Assembly: GCA_037968795.1 (NCBI GenBank)
Contig: JBBKWE010000220.1
Location: forward strand, 1-59,439
Direction: 5' to 3'
Length of the DNA stretch: 59,439 bases
Origin: Ferruginibacter sp.
GTDB taxonomy: Bacteria; Bacteroidota; Bacteroidia; Chitinophagales; Chitinophagaceae
Of the stretch, positions 1 through 9,948 are shown piece by piece. Each line of letters starts with the position of its first letter. Position 1 is the stretch's first letter. The notes under the pieces are model-generated. The model was not told the origin of the DNA, searched no databases, and saw only the letters and a program-made list of their open reading frames with translations. Made by a program: the position numbers and the translations under genes.

Positions 1-317
1 TCTTTCTTCGTCATTTTATTTGTAATTGCTTCAAAATATTTTTGTAAGGTTCCCAGCGCCGCTTTATTTATACAGTAGCAAATAGCGGTACCTTCTATGC
101 GGCCTTTAATGATACCGGCATTTTTTAGCTCTTTTAAGTGTTGAGATATGGTAGGCTGTGCCAGCGGCAGTTTATTTACAATGTCGCCACAAATGCAGGT
201 GTCTACACTAAGCAAGTATTCTATAATGGCTATCCGAGCAGGGTGAGCCATTGCCTTCGCCATCATGGCAATCTCGTTTTGCCTCTCTGAAAAAAATTCT
301 GTTTTAGTAATTCCCAT
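1..317 (-). CDS. arsR: ArsR/SmtB family metalloregulator, 3' end runs off the window (not in ORF track)
   Basis: Manual translation from ATG at 317: MGITKTEFFSERQNEIAMMAKAMAHPARIAIIEYLLSVDTCICGDIVNKLPLAQPTISQHLKELKNAGIIKG... shows the HPARI motif, a CxC motif and the SQHLKEL helix-turn-helix. Confidence 0.9.
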   Translation of the reverse strand, partial: MGITKTEFFSERQNEIAMMAKAMAHPARIAIIEYLLSVDTCICGDIVNKLPLAQPTISQHLKELKNAGIIKGRIEGTAICYCINKAALGTLQKYFEAITNKMTKK

Positions 318-330
318 TTTTGTATTGTTA

Positions 331-348
331 TATTGCAATATTACGATA
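331..348. promoter_or_regulatory. Putative ArsR operator (imperfect inverted repeat)
   Basis: TATTGCAAT|ATTACGATA (7/9 symmetric) lies 13 nt upstream of the arsR start; ArsR proteins typically autoregulate through such repeats. Confidence 0.55.
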
Positions 349-362
349 ATTAGTTTGAAAAC

Positions 363-391
363 AAAAGGACTATTTTTTTGATAGTCCTTTT
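363..391 (-). terminator. Intrinsic terminator downstream of glmS
   Basis: AAAAGGACTAT...ATAGTCCTTTT inverted repeat. Confidence 0.6.
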
Positions 392-538
392 CACAGTCTG
401 TAAAACTGAAAAAAATTCGCCTTTAATACGTACTTAGAAGTCAAGTTGTAAACCTCAACAAGAAATTAAAATTTAAGCCTCAGTTTTTTTAAGTTGCACA
501 ATTTCCAAATTAGCACATCACCACATTATCAAATTAAC

Positions 539-2377
539 CTATTCTACCGTTACACTTTTCGCCAGATTTCTAGGCTTATCTACGTCTATACCTTTTGCCG
601 TTCCTATGTAATAAGAAAGTAGCTGCAGTGGTACCACGCTTAGGATAGGGGCAATGAGTTCGTCTGCTTCAGGAATAGCAAAATAATGATTGCTTAGTCC
701 CGGGCTCACCTCATCACCTTCTGTAATAATGGAAATTATTTTTCCTTTACGAGCTTTTATTTCCTGCATATTACTCACTATCTTTTCGTGGTAAGTATCT
801 TTTGTAGCAACGAAAACCACAGGCAGGTTTTCATCTACCAGAGCAATAGGCCCGTGCTTCATCTCTGCAGCAGGGTAGCCTTCTGCATGTATGTAAGAAA
901 TCTCTTTTAGCTTAAGTGCGCCCTCTAGTGCAATGGGGAAATTGTACCCACGACCCAGGAACAGGAAGTCAGAAGCATCTTTGTAAGCTTCCGCCATTTC
1001 TTTAAGCTTATCAGCTCCCTTAAGTATCGTTTCTACTTTTGCAGGCACTGCTTCCAGCTCAAGTAATAAGGCTCTAAAGCGCTCTTCAGTAATAGATTTT
1101 TTCTCTATGGCTATCTTCAGGGCCATCATCATAAGCACTGCCAGTTGACCTGTAAATGCTTTGGTAGAAGCTACCCCTATCTCCGGGCCTGCGTGCGTGT
1201 AAGCACCGGCGTGTGATATCCGGGCAATGGAAGACCCTACTGCATTTACTACACCAAAAATGAAAGCGCCGTTCTCCTTCGCCTTTTCCAGCGCTACGAG
1301 TGTATCTGCCGTTTCTCCACTTTGGGAAATGGCTATAATCACATCACCAGGGCGCACTATAGGATTGCGATAGCGAAATTCCGAAGCGTATTCTACTTCT
1401 ACCGGTATGCGACATAGTTCCTCTATAACATATTCTGCTACCAGGCCAGCGTGCCAGCTAGTACCGCAGGCAAGTATAAGTATGCGACTTGCATTAGTAA
1501 GTTGCTCTATATTATCTTGTATGCCCGCCATTCTTATTACGCCTTCGTCTGCCAATAATCTCCCTCTTAGGCAATCGTGTATGGTGCTCGGTTGCTCAAA
1601 AATCTCTTTAAGCATGAAGTGGTCAAAACCGCCTTTCTCTATTGCATCCAGCTCCATATCTAACTTCGTGATGTAGGGAGTTACTATTTCATTTCCTATA
1701 TTCTTTAGGATAAGCTCATTCGGTCGTACAATGGCGAGCTCATAGTCATTTACATACACCACTTCTTTAGTAAATTCTATAATGGGAGAGGCGTCACTTG
1801 CAAGGAAGTGTTCTCCTTTGCCTACGCCTATCACAAGCGGGCTTCCCTTGCGAGCAGCTATAATGGTATCAGGGTTGCTCTCTTCCATAAGAAGGATGCA
1901 ATAAGCACCGGTTACCCGCTTTAGCGCTATCCGAAGTGCTTCTTCTACACTGCAATTATTGTTTATTTGTATGCTCTCTATAAAATTCAGTAGCACTTCT
2001 GTATCGGTATCACTTTGAAATTGATATCCCTGGCTCTCCAGCTCCTGTTTTAGTTGTGCATAGTTCTCTATGATTCCGTTATGTATCATCGCCAGCTTGC
2101 CGTTGGCAGATCTGTGCGGGTGAGAGTTTCTATCACTAGGTTCGCCATGGGTAGCCCAGCGAGTATGTCCTATGCCGATATTTGCCTGCAGTTCTTTGCC
2201 TATGAGCATGTCTTCCAACTCTGCTACTTTCCCTTTTTTCTTATATACATCCAGCTTACCCTCATGGAGAAGCGCTACCCCACTGCTATCATATCCTCTG
2301 TATTCCAGTCGTTTCAATCCTTTGAGAATGATGGGGTAAGCCTGTCTTGGTCCTGTATAACCTACGATGCCGCACAT
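539..2377 (-). CDS. glmS: Glutamine--fructose-6-phosphate transaminase (isomerizing)
   Basis: N-terminal MCGIVG nucleophile, GHTRWATHG, SQSGETADT and C-terminal PRNLAKSVTVE; 612 aa. Confidence 0.98.
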   Translation of the reverse strand: MCGIVGYTGPRQAYPIILKGLKRLEYRGYDSSGVALLHEGKLDVYKKKGKVAELEDMLIGKELQANIGIGHTRWATHGEPSDRNSHPHRSANGKLAMIHNGIIENYAQLKQELESQGYQFQSDTDTEVLLNFIESIQINNNCSVEEALRIALKRVTGAYCILLMEESNPDTIIAARKGSPLVIGVGKGEHFLASDASPIIEFTKEVVYVNDYELAIVRPNELILKNIGNEIVTPYITKLDMELDAIEKGGFDHFMLKEIFEQPSTIHDCLRGRLLADEGVIRMAGIQDNIEQLTNASRILILACGTSWHAGLVAEYVIEELCRIPVEVEYASEFRYRNPIVRPGDVIIAISQSGETADTLVALEKAKENGAFIFGVVNAVGSSIARISHAGAYTHAGPEIGVASTKAFTGQLAVLMMMALKIAIEKKSITEERFRALLLELEAVPAKVETILKGADKLKEMAEAYKDASDFLFLGRGYNFPIALEGALKLKEISYIHAEGYPAAEMKHGPIALVDENLPVVFVATKDTYHEKIVSNMQEIKARKGKIISIITEGDEVSPGLSNHYFAIPEADELIAPILSVVPLQLLSYYIGTAKGIDVDKPRNLAKSVTVE

Positions 2378-2414
2378 ATATTTTTATTTAATTCTTAAAC
2401 GGTAAAATTGTGCG

Positions 2415-2422
2415 CAAAATTA
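2415..2422 (-). promoter_or_regulatory. Bacteroidota -7 promoter element for glmS
   Basis: TAATTTTG on the minus strand matches TAnnTTTG, about 37 nt upstream of the ATG. Confidence 0.55.
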
Positions 2423-2526
2423 GCTAAAAATAGTTTGTAAGTCTGCTTTACCTGAAGAATTGAGGAATTCCTAAATGTGATATAAAAGATGAAAGCGTAG
2501 TTTCAGATTAAATAAGCAGTATTATC

Positions 2527-3192
2527 CTATAGAAACTGTAAGCTGTTAGAAAGTTTTTTAAAAGGGAAAGATTTTCCTGCGTGATGTATAAAATATTTTC
2601 CTTTTGCTTGTCTTTTCCCAGGGTTTGTAAGTGTCCCTTTATTACTATAAGTTTTATATAAAAAACCGTCAGCCCTAAAAATTTTATAGCTAAATGAAAT
2701 TCCCAAACTCGTAGTTAACCTGTTATTTGCTTTGCTTACGTCATACTGGTATTTACCTTTTCCTATGACACCTTGATCCTGATAGTGGCAGCATACAATT
2801 GCGTCCACTCCCAGCAAAGCGCATAGTTTTTTTACGTCATTTTCTTTATGAATATTAGCAACTGAGTATAAAACCTGAATGGCTTCTAGTTTTCTGTTAG
2901 TTTCTGACAGAAGTTGCAATTCTAGTTCATTTTTAGAATTACTAATCTGCAGTTTCTCAAAGAATTCAACTTGCAATTGCAGAGCTAATAAGGAGTCATT
3001 TTTATTATAATTAAGAGCATTAGTTTTAGCCACACTTTCATCTGTTAATACTTTTGCCCAGAAAGGCATAATCGCAATTTTCTTAATAGTTATCGTGTCA
3101 GAAAATGTTTGGAAGGAGAAGGCTTCACTCTGAATGCATACCAGCGACAAGATAAATATTAGCAAAAAATGTTTCTTTATTAAGTTTCTCAC
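2527..3192 (-). CDS. Hypothetical exported protein
   Basis: 221 aa ORF with GTG start and a hydrophobic N-terminal signal-like segment; IAIMPF and LGVDAIV resemble CsgG/LpoB-like alpha/beta folds (weak). Confidence 0.65.
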   Translation of the reverse strand: MRNLIKKHFLLIFILSLVCIQSEAFSFQTFSDTITIKKIAIMPFWAKVLTDESVAKTNALNYNKNDSLLALQLQVEFFEKLQISNSKNELELQLLSETNRKLEAIQVLYSVANIHKENDVKKLCALLGVDAIVCCHYQDQGVIGKGKYQYDVSKANNRLTTSLGISFSYKIFRADGFLYKTYSNKGTLTNPGKRQAKGKYFIHHAGKSFPFKKLSNSLQFL

Positions 3193-3219
3193 TTTATAGA
3201 TTTGAGGGTGAAGATTAAT

Positions 3220-4614
3220 TTATAGCAATATCCCTTTCAAAAAGAAAAACGCCACTGAAAAATAAATAATAATCCCCGTCACATCTACCAGCGTAGCTAC
3301 AAAAGGTGCAGAAGACACTGCGGGATCTAGTTTTAGTTTCTTTAAAATAAGTGGCAGCATACTACCTACAAGACTTCCCCACAATACTATACCCAGCAAT
3401 GAAAACCCAATAGTGTAGCCTATAAGCAACCAGTGTTCTCCGTAGTCGAAGATGTGCAAATTTTGCCATGCCACAATACGAACAAGGCCTATCACACCCA
3501 GAATAACGCCCAGTAAAATACCGCTTTTCAGTTCTCTTCTTACCACCCGCCACCAGTCGCCTATACTTACTTCGCCCAGTGCCATAGCTTGTATAATAAG
3601 GGTACTTGCCTGCGAGCCGCTATTGCCACCACTACTCATAATAAGCGGAATAAACAGTGCTAGCACGGTAGCGGCTTCTATCTCGGCCTGGAAAAATTGC
3701 ATAGCCGTAGCCGTGAGCATTTCGCCTATAAATAAAACGATAAGCCAGCTTGCCCGCTTGCGTACGAGTCTGAAAATACCAATGTCCAGATAAGGCTCAT
3801 CCAAAGCTTCTGTACCACCTATCTTTTGTATATCTTCTGTAAATTCTTCTTGCGCTACCCAGAGTACGTCATCTATCGTTACGATTCCCTGCAATATGTT
3901 ATTGTCATCTACAACCGGGAGTGCCACACGATTATTCATTTTAAAAATTTCACTGGCACTTTCCTGGTCGTCGTTTATATTGAGAGAAATAAAACGATTA
4001 TCTATAAGATCTTCTACGATATCATCAGGTGTAGCAAAGATGATGTCTCTTATGGTAAGGTCATCTATAAGTAACCCATTTTCATTTATCACATATATAA
4101 CATCTATCGTTTCACTATTACTTCCAAAGCGGCGAATAGTTTCCAACACCTCTGCCACAGTGTTATGTTCATACACGTATACATACTCCGGGTTCATGAT
4201 ACGCCCCACACTATTTTCTGGATAACCCAGTAGCTGCAGCGTCACTTTGCGCTCTTCGGGGTCCAGGAGCTTGAGCATTTCCCTCATGGTGCCGTTTGGA
4301 AAGTCTTCAAAGAAATCTACCCTGTCATCCACACTCAATTCATTAAGCAGCTCTGCCGTTTTAAAAGCAGGTAGACTCTGAATAATTCTTTTTTGCTCTG
4401 TAAAATCGAGAATCTTAAATACGTTGGCAGCCCTGTGTATACTAAGGTGAGAGATGATCTGATTTTCATAATCAGGATTGTCATAGATGAGCGTGGCTAC
4501 ATCACTTATATTCTGGTCATTGAGAAAGTTCCTTATCGTAAGTTTATCCTCTGTGGCCACAGTTTCTATAAACTGCTGCTGCATTGGTATTTCTTCTTCT
4601 ATCTCTGACAGCAT
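3220..4614 (-). CDS. mgtE: Magnesium transporter MgtE
   Basis: N domain, CBS pair (YPENSVGRIM, LPVVDD, GIVTIDD), GGNSGSQ and DPAVSSAPFVATLVD transmembrane motifs. Confidence 0.96.
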   Translation of the reverse strand: MLSEIEEEIPMQQQFIETVATEDKLTIRNFLNDQNISDVATLIYDNPDYENQIISHLSIHRAANVFKILDFTEQKRIIQSLPAFKTAELLNELSVDDRVDFFEDFPNGTMREMLKLLDPEERKVTLQLLGYPENSVGRIMNPEYVYVYEHNTVAEVLETIRRFGSNSETIDVIYVINENGLLIDDLTIRDIIFATPDDIVEDLIDNRFISLNINDDQESASEIFKMNNRVALPVVDDNNILQGIVTIDDVLWVAQEEFTEDIQKIGGTEALDEPYLDIGIFRLVRKRASWLIVLFIGEMLTATAMQFFQAEIEAATVLALFIPLIMSSGGNSGSQASTLIIQAMALGEVSIGDWWRVVRRELKSGILLGVILGVIGLVRIVAWQNLHIFDYGEHWLLIGYTIGFSLLGIVLWGSLVGSMLPLILKKLKLDPAVSSAPFVATLVDVTGIIIYFSVAFFFLKGILL

Positions 4615-4845
4615 ACTAATCTTATATTGAGAGGGAGTGTAAATATTTAGTTCGCTGCAATTTACTTATTTTTAAAAGACGGAGGGGGAGAAGTACTTAG
4701 AATTTAATATATATAGACATTTAGACGATGCAGTAAGCAGAGGTATGATAAAGAGGTGAATATAAAAAAAATGAAGACCAAATGGCGGAAGACTGAGAGA
4801 GGAATAATGGAAGAGGAAATCACTTTCTGCGAAAAATTATGAGAC

Positions 4846-5229
4846 ATGCTAAAGCCCTATTTAATAATTAAAAATACTGCCAGCAAAGGCAAAGGCGTAT
4901 TTACAAAAGCAAGTATTCCTGCTGACACTGTTATAGAAGAAGCGCCTGTAATAGTGATGCCCGGTATAGATAGAAAGCTTTTGGACCAAACCCTCCTACA
5001 CGATTACATTTTTGAGTGGGGAGAAGAAAAAGATAAATGTGCCATGGCACTGGGCTACATCCCCATTTACAATCACAGCTACCAGAGCAATTGCGAATAT
5101 TTTATGCATTTTGAGGAAGCCATTATGTACGTAAAGACCGTCAGGAAAATAGAAGTGGGCGAGGAGCTTACTTTAAATTATAATGGCGATTGGGATAATG
5201 AAGAGAAGGTGTGGTTTGAAGCGGAATAA
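4846..5229 (+). CDS. SET domain protein (putative protein-lysine methyltransferase)
   Basis: KGKGVF, YNHS and GEELTLNY SET motifs in 127 aa. Confidence 0.9.
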   Translation: MLKPYLIIKNTASKGKGVFTKASIPADTVIEEAPVIVMPGIDRKLLDQTLLHDYIFEWGEEKDKCAMALGYIPIYNHSYQSNCEYFMHFEEAIMYVKTVRKIEVGEELTLNYNGDWDNEEKVWFEAE

Positions 5230-5386
5230 TAGACTAATACTGTATCTTATTGGTCGTTGTAAATGAATTTCCTGTAGAAAAATTATGTAAAATAAAGGGA
5301 TCATAAAATACAAGTCGCTACTATATTTTTGAAAAACCAGAACTCGAACTGCTTGTTATAAATAAGTCAATTTTTTGTAATTGTAT

Positions 5387-6139
5387 TTATTGATTCTTTA
5401 CTTCCGTTACAAAAACAGGATTAACTGCATCGCTTACATCATAAATCACCAGCCCGTTAGAAACATAGCAAATAAGCAGATCTCCATAGTTGATCACATC
5501 CTGAAATGCATAGGTAGTTAACTTCTTTCTCAGAATAGGTTTGGAGGGTTGCTGCACATTGTAGACACTTAAACCATTTGTCATCTGACACACATATAAA
5601 ATACTGTCTCTAAGACCCAGCCCTCGCGGTGTTGGCATTTCTGTAAGGCTTACCTGCTTAGGAATAAGCAAATTATTAAGGTCATATACATACAAGCCAT
5701 CTGTAGCATTACCACAGCGACCGCTGCCTCGCAATGTCACAAAAGCAAAGGAATCATTTGCCACTACAGGGTCACAACTTCGCAGGTGAAGCACATTGCC
5801 AAGTTTTACAGGTTTAGCGGGATCTGCGATCGAGTATAAGTACATGCCATTTTCTGCTCCTATAAATAATTTGTCTTTGTAAGGGAATATGGTTTCTATA
5901 CCAAAGCCTACGTTTTCGGAATTGCTTTGCAATGCCTGGTTAGGATTGCTAATGTTTAAGGTTTTTAAAGTATAGCTGTCTGCTACGTACAAGTAGTTAC
6001 CTACTATAGTAAAGCGAGCCAGTGATCCGCCCACACCTGTACCAGACGAAGATAGAGCATCTGCACCCCCAGCCCCATCTTTTGCACAGGACGCACAGAA
6101 AAAAATAAGTAGTATGGCAGCAAAAATATTTTTAAACAT
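5387..6139 (-). CDS. LVIVD-repeat lipoprotein
   Basis: Lipobox-like CASC, GGSLARF, SCDPVV and repeated YLYV / LYVYD / LVIYD-x-S-x-P units. Confidence 0.85.
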   Translation of the reverse strand: MFKNIFAAILLIFFCASCAKDGAGGADALSSSGTGVGGSLARFTIVGNYLYVADSYTLKTLNISNPNQALQSNSENVGFGIETIFPYKDKLFIGAENGMYLYSIADPAKPVKLGNVLHLRSCDPVVANDSFAFVTLRGSGRCGNATDGLYVYDLNNLLIPKQVSLTEMPTPRGLGLRDSILYVCQMTNGLSVYNVQQPSKPILRKKLTTYAFQDVINYGDLLICYVSNGLVIYDVSDAVNPVFVTEVKNQ

Positions 6140-6177
6140 TTGGTTATTTTTAAGTTTTAGGAAGTAGGATTTATTAA

Positions 6178-6729
6178 TTAGTAATAATAACAGCTGTAAA
6201 TACTATCCCGGATCCAGGATATGATAACCGAATCCTGCGTATATGGTCTGCATCCTACCGGGCCCGGCGCTGGCGTGGGTACATATACCATGGGCTTATA
6301 AGTGTCACCTGTAAAGAACATATTCTTTTGCCTGGATATTTCTTTTGGTGCTGCACTATTGCTGATGTCTATTACAACTATATCATTGTAGTTATTAGCA
6401 TACATGTAATTCCCTTTTATGGCAATATCACTATTGCCCGGCACTCCTATAAAAGAAACTCTTTTTGCAGCCGAAGGCACAGTATTATTTATGATATGGA
6501 TACCTTTCCCCAAGTCATTTTGATAAATAATGTTTCCCTTAACATAGATTTTTCCGGGCTTATCCATTTTTACTGCGGTATCAGAATAAGTAATTTTCTT
6601 GTAGGTACTATCTGCACCCATTACAGCCTTCCAGCCCCATACTTTTACTTGTGGCTCATAGGGGTAAGGTTTTTTGCCCCAGCAGGATACAAGCATTGCT
6701 GTGCAAAGGAAGAGAATAAAATATTTCAT
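6178..6729 (-). CDS. Lipoprotein with LVIVD-like repeats
   Basis: Lipobox LVSC; PGKIY, GIHIINN, PGNSDIAIKGNYMYA and IVVIDIS. Confidence 0.8.
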   Translation of the reverse strand: MKYFILFLCTAMLVSCWGKKPYPYEPQVKVWGWKAVMGADSTYKKITYSDTAVKMDKPGKIYVKGNIIYQNDLGKGIHIINNTVPSAAKRVSFIGVPGNSDIAIKGNYMYANNYNDIVVIDISNSAAPKEISRQKNMFFTGDTYKPMVYVPTPAPGPVGCRPYTQDSVIISWIRDSIYSCYYY

Positions 6730-6846
6730 GTGGTAGTTTTAAAGTTAGACAAGGAAATAATGCTAAACGTTGCATTGCTGATTCTTTATTTTTATGTGTT
6801 AAATATTCAGTGTTAATAAAGCTTTTTTAAGTTTGATTGCGGATAC

Positions 6847-6879
6847 AAAAAATCCCTGATCAAAATATTGATCAGGGAT
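6847..6879 (-). terminator. Intrinsic terminator of the aconitase gene
   Basis: ATCCCTGATCAA/TTGATCAGGGAT 12-bp stem with an A-run on its left (U-tail on the minus strand). Confidence 0.8.
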
Positions 6880-6916
6880 CTGCTAAAAAATAATAGCTGA
6901 GTAGCAAAAAATAGTG

Positions 6917-9217
6917 CTACACTTTTTTTGCTACTTCCTTTGCTTTCTCTCCATCTTCAAATTCTTTACGAATAATGTTGAGTGCGGCACCAGCTTTAAA
7001 CCATTCTATCTGCTGCTTATTGTAAGTATGATTGGCAAATATCTCTTCTTCAGTACCGTCAGCGTGATTAAGTACTAACCTTATTTTCTTGCCTGGTGCA
7101 AATGTGGTCATACGGGTGATGTCTATGGTATCATCTTCCAGTATTTTCTCATAATCATCCTTATCAGCAAAGGTAAGGCCTAGCATACCTTGCTTCTTTA
7201 GATTGGTTTCGTGTATACGGGCAAAAGATTTTACAAGTACAGCTATCACACCAAGGTGGCGGGGCTCCATAGCCGCATGCTCGCGGCTAGATCCTTCTCC
7301 GTAGTTCTCATCACCTACCACAATAGTTTGGATACCGGCAGCTTTATAAGCACGTTGGGTATTAGGCACAGTTCCGTATTCACCTGTGATCTGATTTTTT
7401 ACATTATCTGTTTTATCGTTGAAGTAATTTATTGCTCCTATAAGCATATTGTTACTTATATTATCTAAGTGACCTCGGAACTTAAGCCATGGACCTGCCA
7501 TAGAAATGTGGTCTGTAGTACATTTTCCTTTTGCTTTTATAAGCAGTTTAAGACCTGTAAGATTCTCGCCATTCCATGCTGCAAATGGCTCTAGTATCTG
7601 TAGTCTTTTACTGTCAGGAGATACTATAACCTGCACACCACTTCCATCTTCGGCCGGCGGTTGAAATCCGGGATCTTCTACTGCAAACCCACGGGTAGGT
7701 AATTCATCACCGGTAGGAGGGTCTAGTTTTACAAGTTCACCCTTATCATTTATGAGAGTATCCGTAAGAGGATTAAAGTTGAGCGAGCCAGCAATAGCCA
7801 TTGCCGTTACTATCTCCGGGCTACCTACAAATGCAAATGTATTTGGATTACCATCAGCACGCTTCGCAAAGTTTCTATTAAAGCTGTGTACGATTGTATT
7901 TTTCTCTTTCTTTTCTGCACCTACTCTTGCCCACATACCTATACAAGGGCCGCAGGCATTGGCAAATACAGTAGCACCTATACTATTAAAAGTATGAAGG
8001 AACCCATCTCTTTCTATTGTATAGCGTACCTGCTCACTACCCGGAGTGATGGTAAATTCAGAAGCTAATTTTAGCCCTTTGTCTTTTACCTGTTGTGCAA
8101 GACTCACCGCCCTGCTTATATCTTCGTAGCTGCTATTTGTACAAGAGCCTATAAGTCCAACTTCTATCTTAGTAGGCCAGCCATTAGCCTCAGCGGCTTC
8201 TTTCATTTTACTTATGGGTGTAGCCAGATCCGGAGTAAATGGTCCGTTGAGATGCGGCTCTAGTGTATTCAGGTCTATTTCTATTACCTGGTCAAAATAT
8301 TTTTCAGGGTCAGCATATACTTCTGCATCACCAGTAAGATGTTCTTTGATCCCGTCAGCCATGGTTGCTATTTCTGCTCTGCCAGTGGCGTGCAAGTAGC
8401 GACTCATGCTATCGTCATAGCCAAAGGTAGAAGTCGTAGCACCTATCTCTGCACCCATATTACAAATCGTTCCTTTACCGGTACAACTTAGGTTTATAGC
8501 TCCTTCGCCAAAGTATTCTACGATAGCACCCGTACCACCTTTCACAGTAAGTATGCCAGCTACTTTCAGTATTACGTCTTTTGCTGCAGTCCAGCCATTC
8601 AATTTGCCGGTAAGCTTTACACCTATTACTTTAGGCATTTTGAGTTCCCAAGGCAGACCAGCCATTACATCACAAGCATCTGCACCGCCTACACCTATAG
8701 CTACCATTCCCAGCCCACCAGCATTTACGGTGTGGCTGTCTGTTCCTATCATCATACCGCCAGGGAAAGCATAATTCTCAAGCACAACCTGGTGTATAAT
8801 GCCAGCACCGGGTTTCCAGAAACCTATGCCGTATTTATTACTTACACTCGCCAGGAAATCATATACCTCGCTGCTTTCCGTTACTGCACGGGTAAGGTCA
8901 TCTTTACTATTATCACGAGCCTCTATAAGGTGATCGCAATGCACCGTACTTGGTACCGCTACTTTATCTCTACCACTCTGCATAAACTGTAGTAAAGCCA
9001 TCTGCGCAGTAGCATCCTGCATGGCCACACGGTCTGGTGCAAAGTCTACATAGGCATTTCCCCGTTCGTAAGGCTTTTCTATCTCACTATCCCACAAGTG
9101 CGCATACAATATTTTCTCTGTAAGGGTAAGAGGCTTGTCAAGTACCTTGCGGGCAAGATCTACTCCTGCCGGAAACTTTTCATAGAGCTTCTTTATCATA
9201 TCTAAGTCAAATGCCAT
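6917..9217 (-). CDS. acnA: Aconitate hydratase (mitochondrial-like type)
   Basis: [33 protein letters not shown] (Fe-S cysteines), TTDHIS and GSSREHAA. Confidence 0.96.
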   Translation of the reverse strand: MAFDLDMIKKLYEKFPAGVDLARKVLDKPLTLTEKILYAHLWDSEIEKPYERGNAYVDFAPDRVAMQDATAQMALLQFMQSGRDKVAVPSTVHCDHLIEARDNSKDDLTRAVTESSEVYDFLASVSNKYGIGFWKPGAGIIHQVVLENYAFPGGMMIGTDSHTVNAGGLGMVAIGVGGADACDVMAGLPWELKMPKVIGVKLTGKLNGWTAAKDVILKVAGILTVKGGTGAIVEYFGEGAINLSCTGKGTICNMGAEIGATTSTFGYDDSMSRYLHATGRAEIATMADGIKEHLTGDAEVYADPEKYFDQVIEIDLNTLEPHLNGPFTPDLATPISKMKEAAEANGWPTKIEVGLIGSCTNSSYEDISRAVSLAQQVKDKGLKLASEFTITPGSEQVRYTIERDGFLHTFNSIGATVFANACGPCIGMWARVGAEKKEKNTIVHSFNRNFAKRADGNPNTFAFVGSPEIVTAMAIAGSLNFNPLTDTLINDKGELVKLDPPTGDELPTRGFAVEDPGFQPPAEDGSGVQVIVSPDSKRLQILEPFAAWNGENLTGLKLLIKAKGKCTTDHISMAGPWLKFRGHLDNISNNMLIGAINYFNDKTDNVKNQITGEYGTVPNTQRAYKAAGIQTIVVGDENYGEGSSREHAAMEPRHLGVIAVLVKSFARIHETNLKKQGMLGLTFADKDDYEKILEDDTIDITRMTTFAPGKKIRLVLNHADGTEEEIFANHTYNKQQIEWFKAGAALNIIRKEFEDGEKAKEVAKKV

Positions 9218-9276
9218 AAAATGTCTTGGTTTTTGTGCTACCGTTTATACCGGAGCGGGGTGAGCGTTAAAGTGCT

Positions 9277-9284
9277 GCAAATTT
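9277..9284 (-). promoter_or_regulatory. Bacteroidota -7 promoter element for aconitase
   Basis: TAAATTTG on the minus strand, followed by CAGC. Confidence 0.55.
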
Positions 9285-9639
9285 ACTAAAAAACGAGGGA
9301 ATGGAAAAAAGGATTTTTAACTGGTTTGCGGAGCTATTTTACATGTAAAGCAAGGCAGGAAAGTTTGCTTTTATTGATCAGCGGCCGCCTACTCTTTGCG
9401 CAGAATGGTATTGCACGGCTATAATTTTTTTCTTGAACTTGACTAAAGACTATTTTTTTATTAGCCTTCTTACAATAGATCTTTAAAAAAGATGTCGTAG
9501 AGGTCCTTGAGGCAAAGCTAAATAAAGATCTTTAATCTTTTATATTAGTAAATCACCTGCTTGTAAAAGGGAATATTTATAATACAACTTTAGCACAGCT
9601 ACCAATAATCCTATATTTGAAGTACAAATTAAATAAGGA

Positions 9640-9945
9640 ATGAAATTTTTCGCCAAAGTCACTTTTATTTTCAATGTATGTTTTCTCATCAGTGTTATAT
9701 TTCGTCTGGTAGAGATAAGCAGGCAGGTAAAAGGAAACAGCAATGGAGTGCTCGGTTATCAGCCTCTGGAAAGTACATTGGTAGTAATGGGCTACGGAGC
9801 TATATTTATTAATATCGTTTTTGTGATTCTGTATATGGTGCACTATGCTACAAAGAGGGGACAAGGCATACGCAGATGGATAGCTTTTTTTAACCTTATA
9901 CTCTTGCCAGCTCAGATTTATTATTTCTTCTTTTTGAATATATAA
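9640..9945 (+). CDS. Small membrane protein (about 3 TM), hypothetical
   Basis: Three hydrophobic segments; ends 3 nt before the next gene. Confidence 0.75.
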   Translation: MKFFAKVTFIFNVCFLISVIFRLVEISRQVKGNSNGVLGYQPLESTLVVMGYGAIFINIVFVILYMVHYATKRGQGIRRWIAFFNLILLPAQIYYFFFLNI

Positions 9946-9948
9946 AAA

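Noticed and set aside
2378-2526. glmS ribozyme upstream of glmS
   Set aside because: The promoter motif sits only about 37 nt from the ATG, leaving no room, and no ribozyme core sequence is visible.
4615-4845. M-box or other Mg2+ riboswitch upstream of mgtE
   Set aside because: No recognisable conserved core or extensive pairing; the region is low-complexity.
9495-9540. preQ1 riboswitch upstream of the yhhQ operon (AGAGGTCC...AAAGCTAAATAAA)
   Set aside because: The AGAGG strand has no downstream CCTCT partner, so the P1 stem cannot form.
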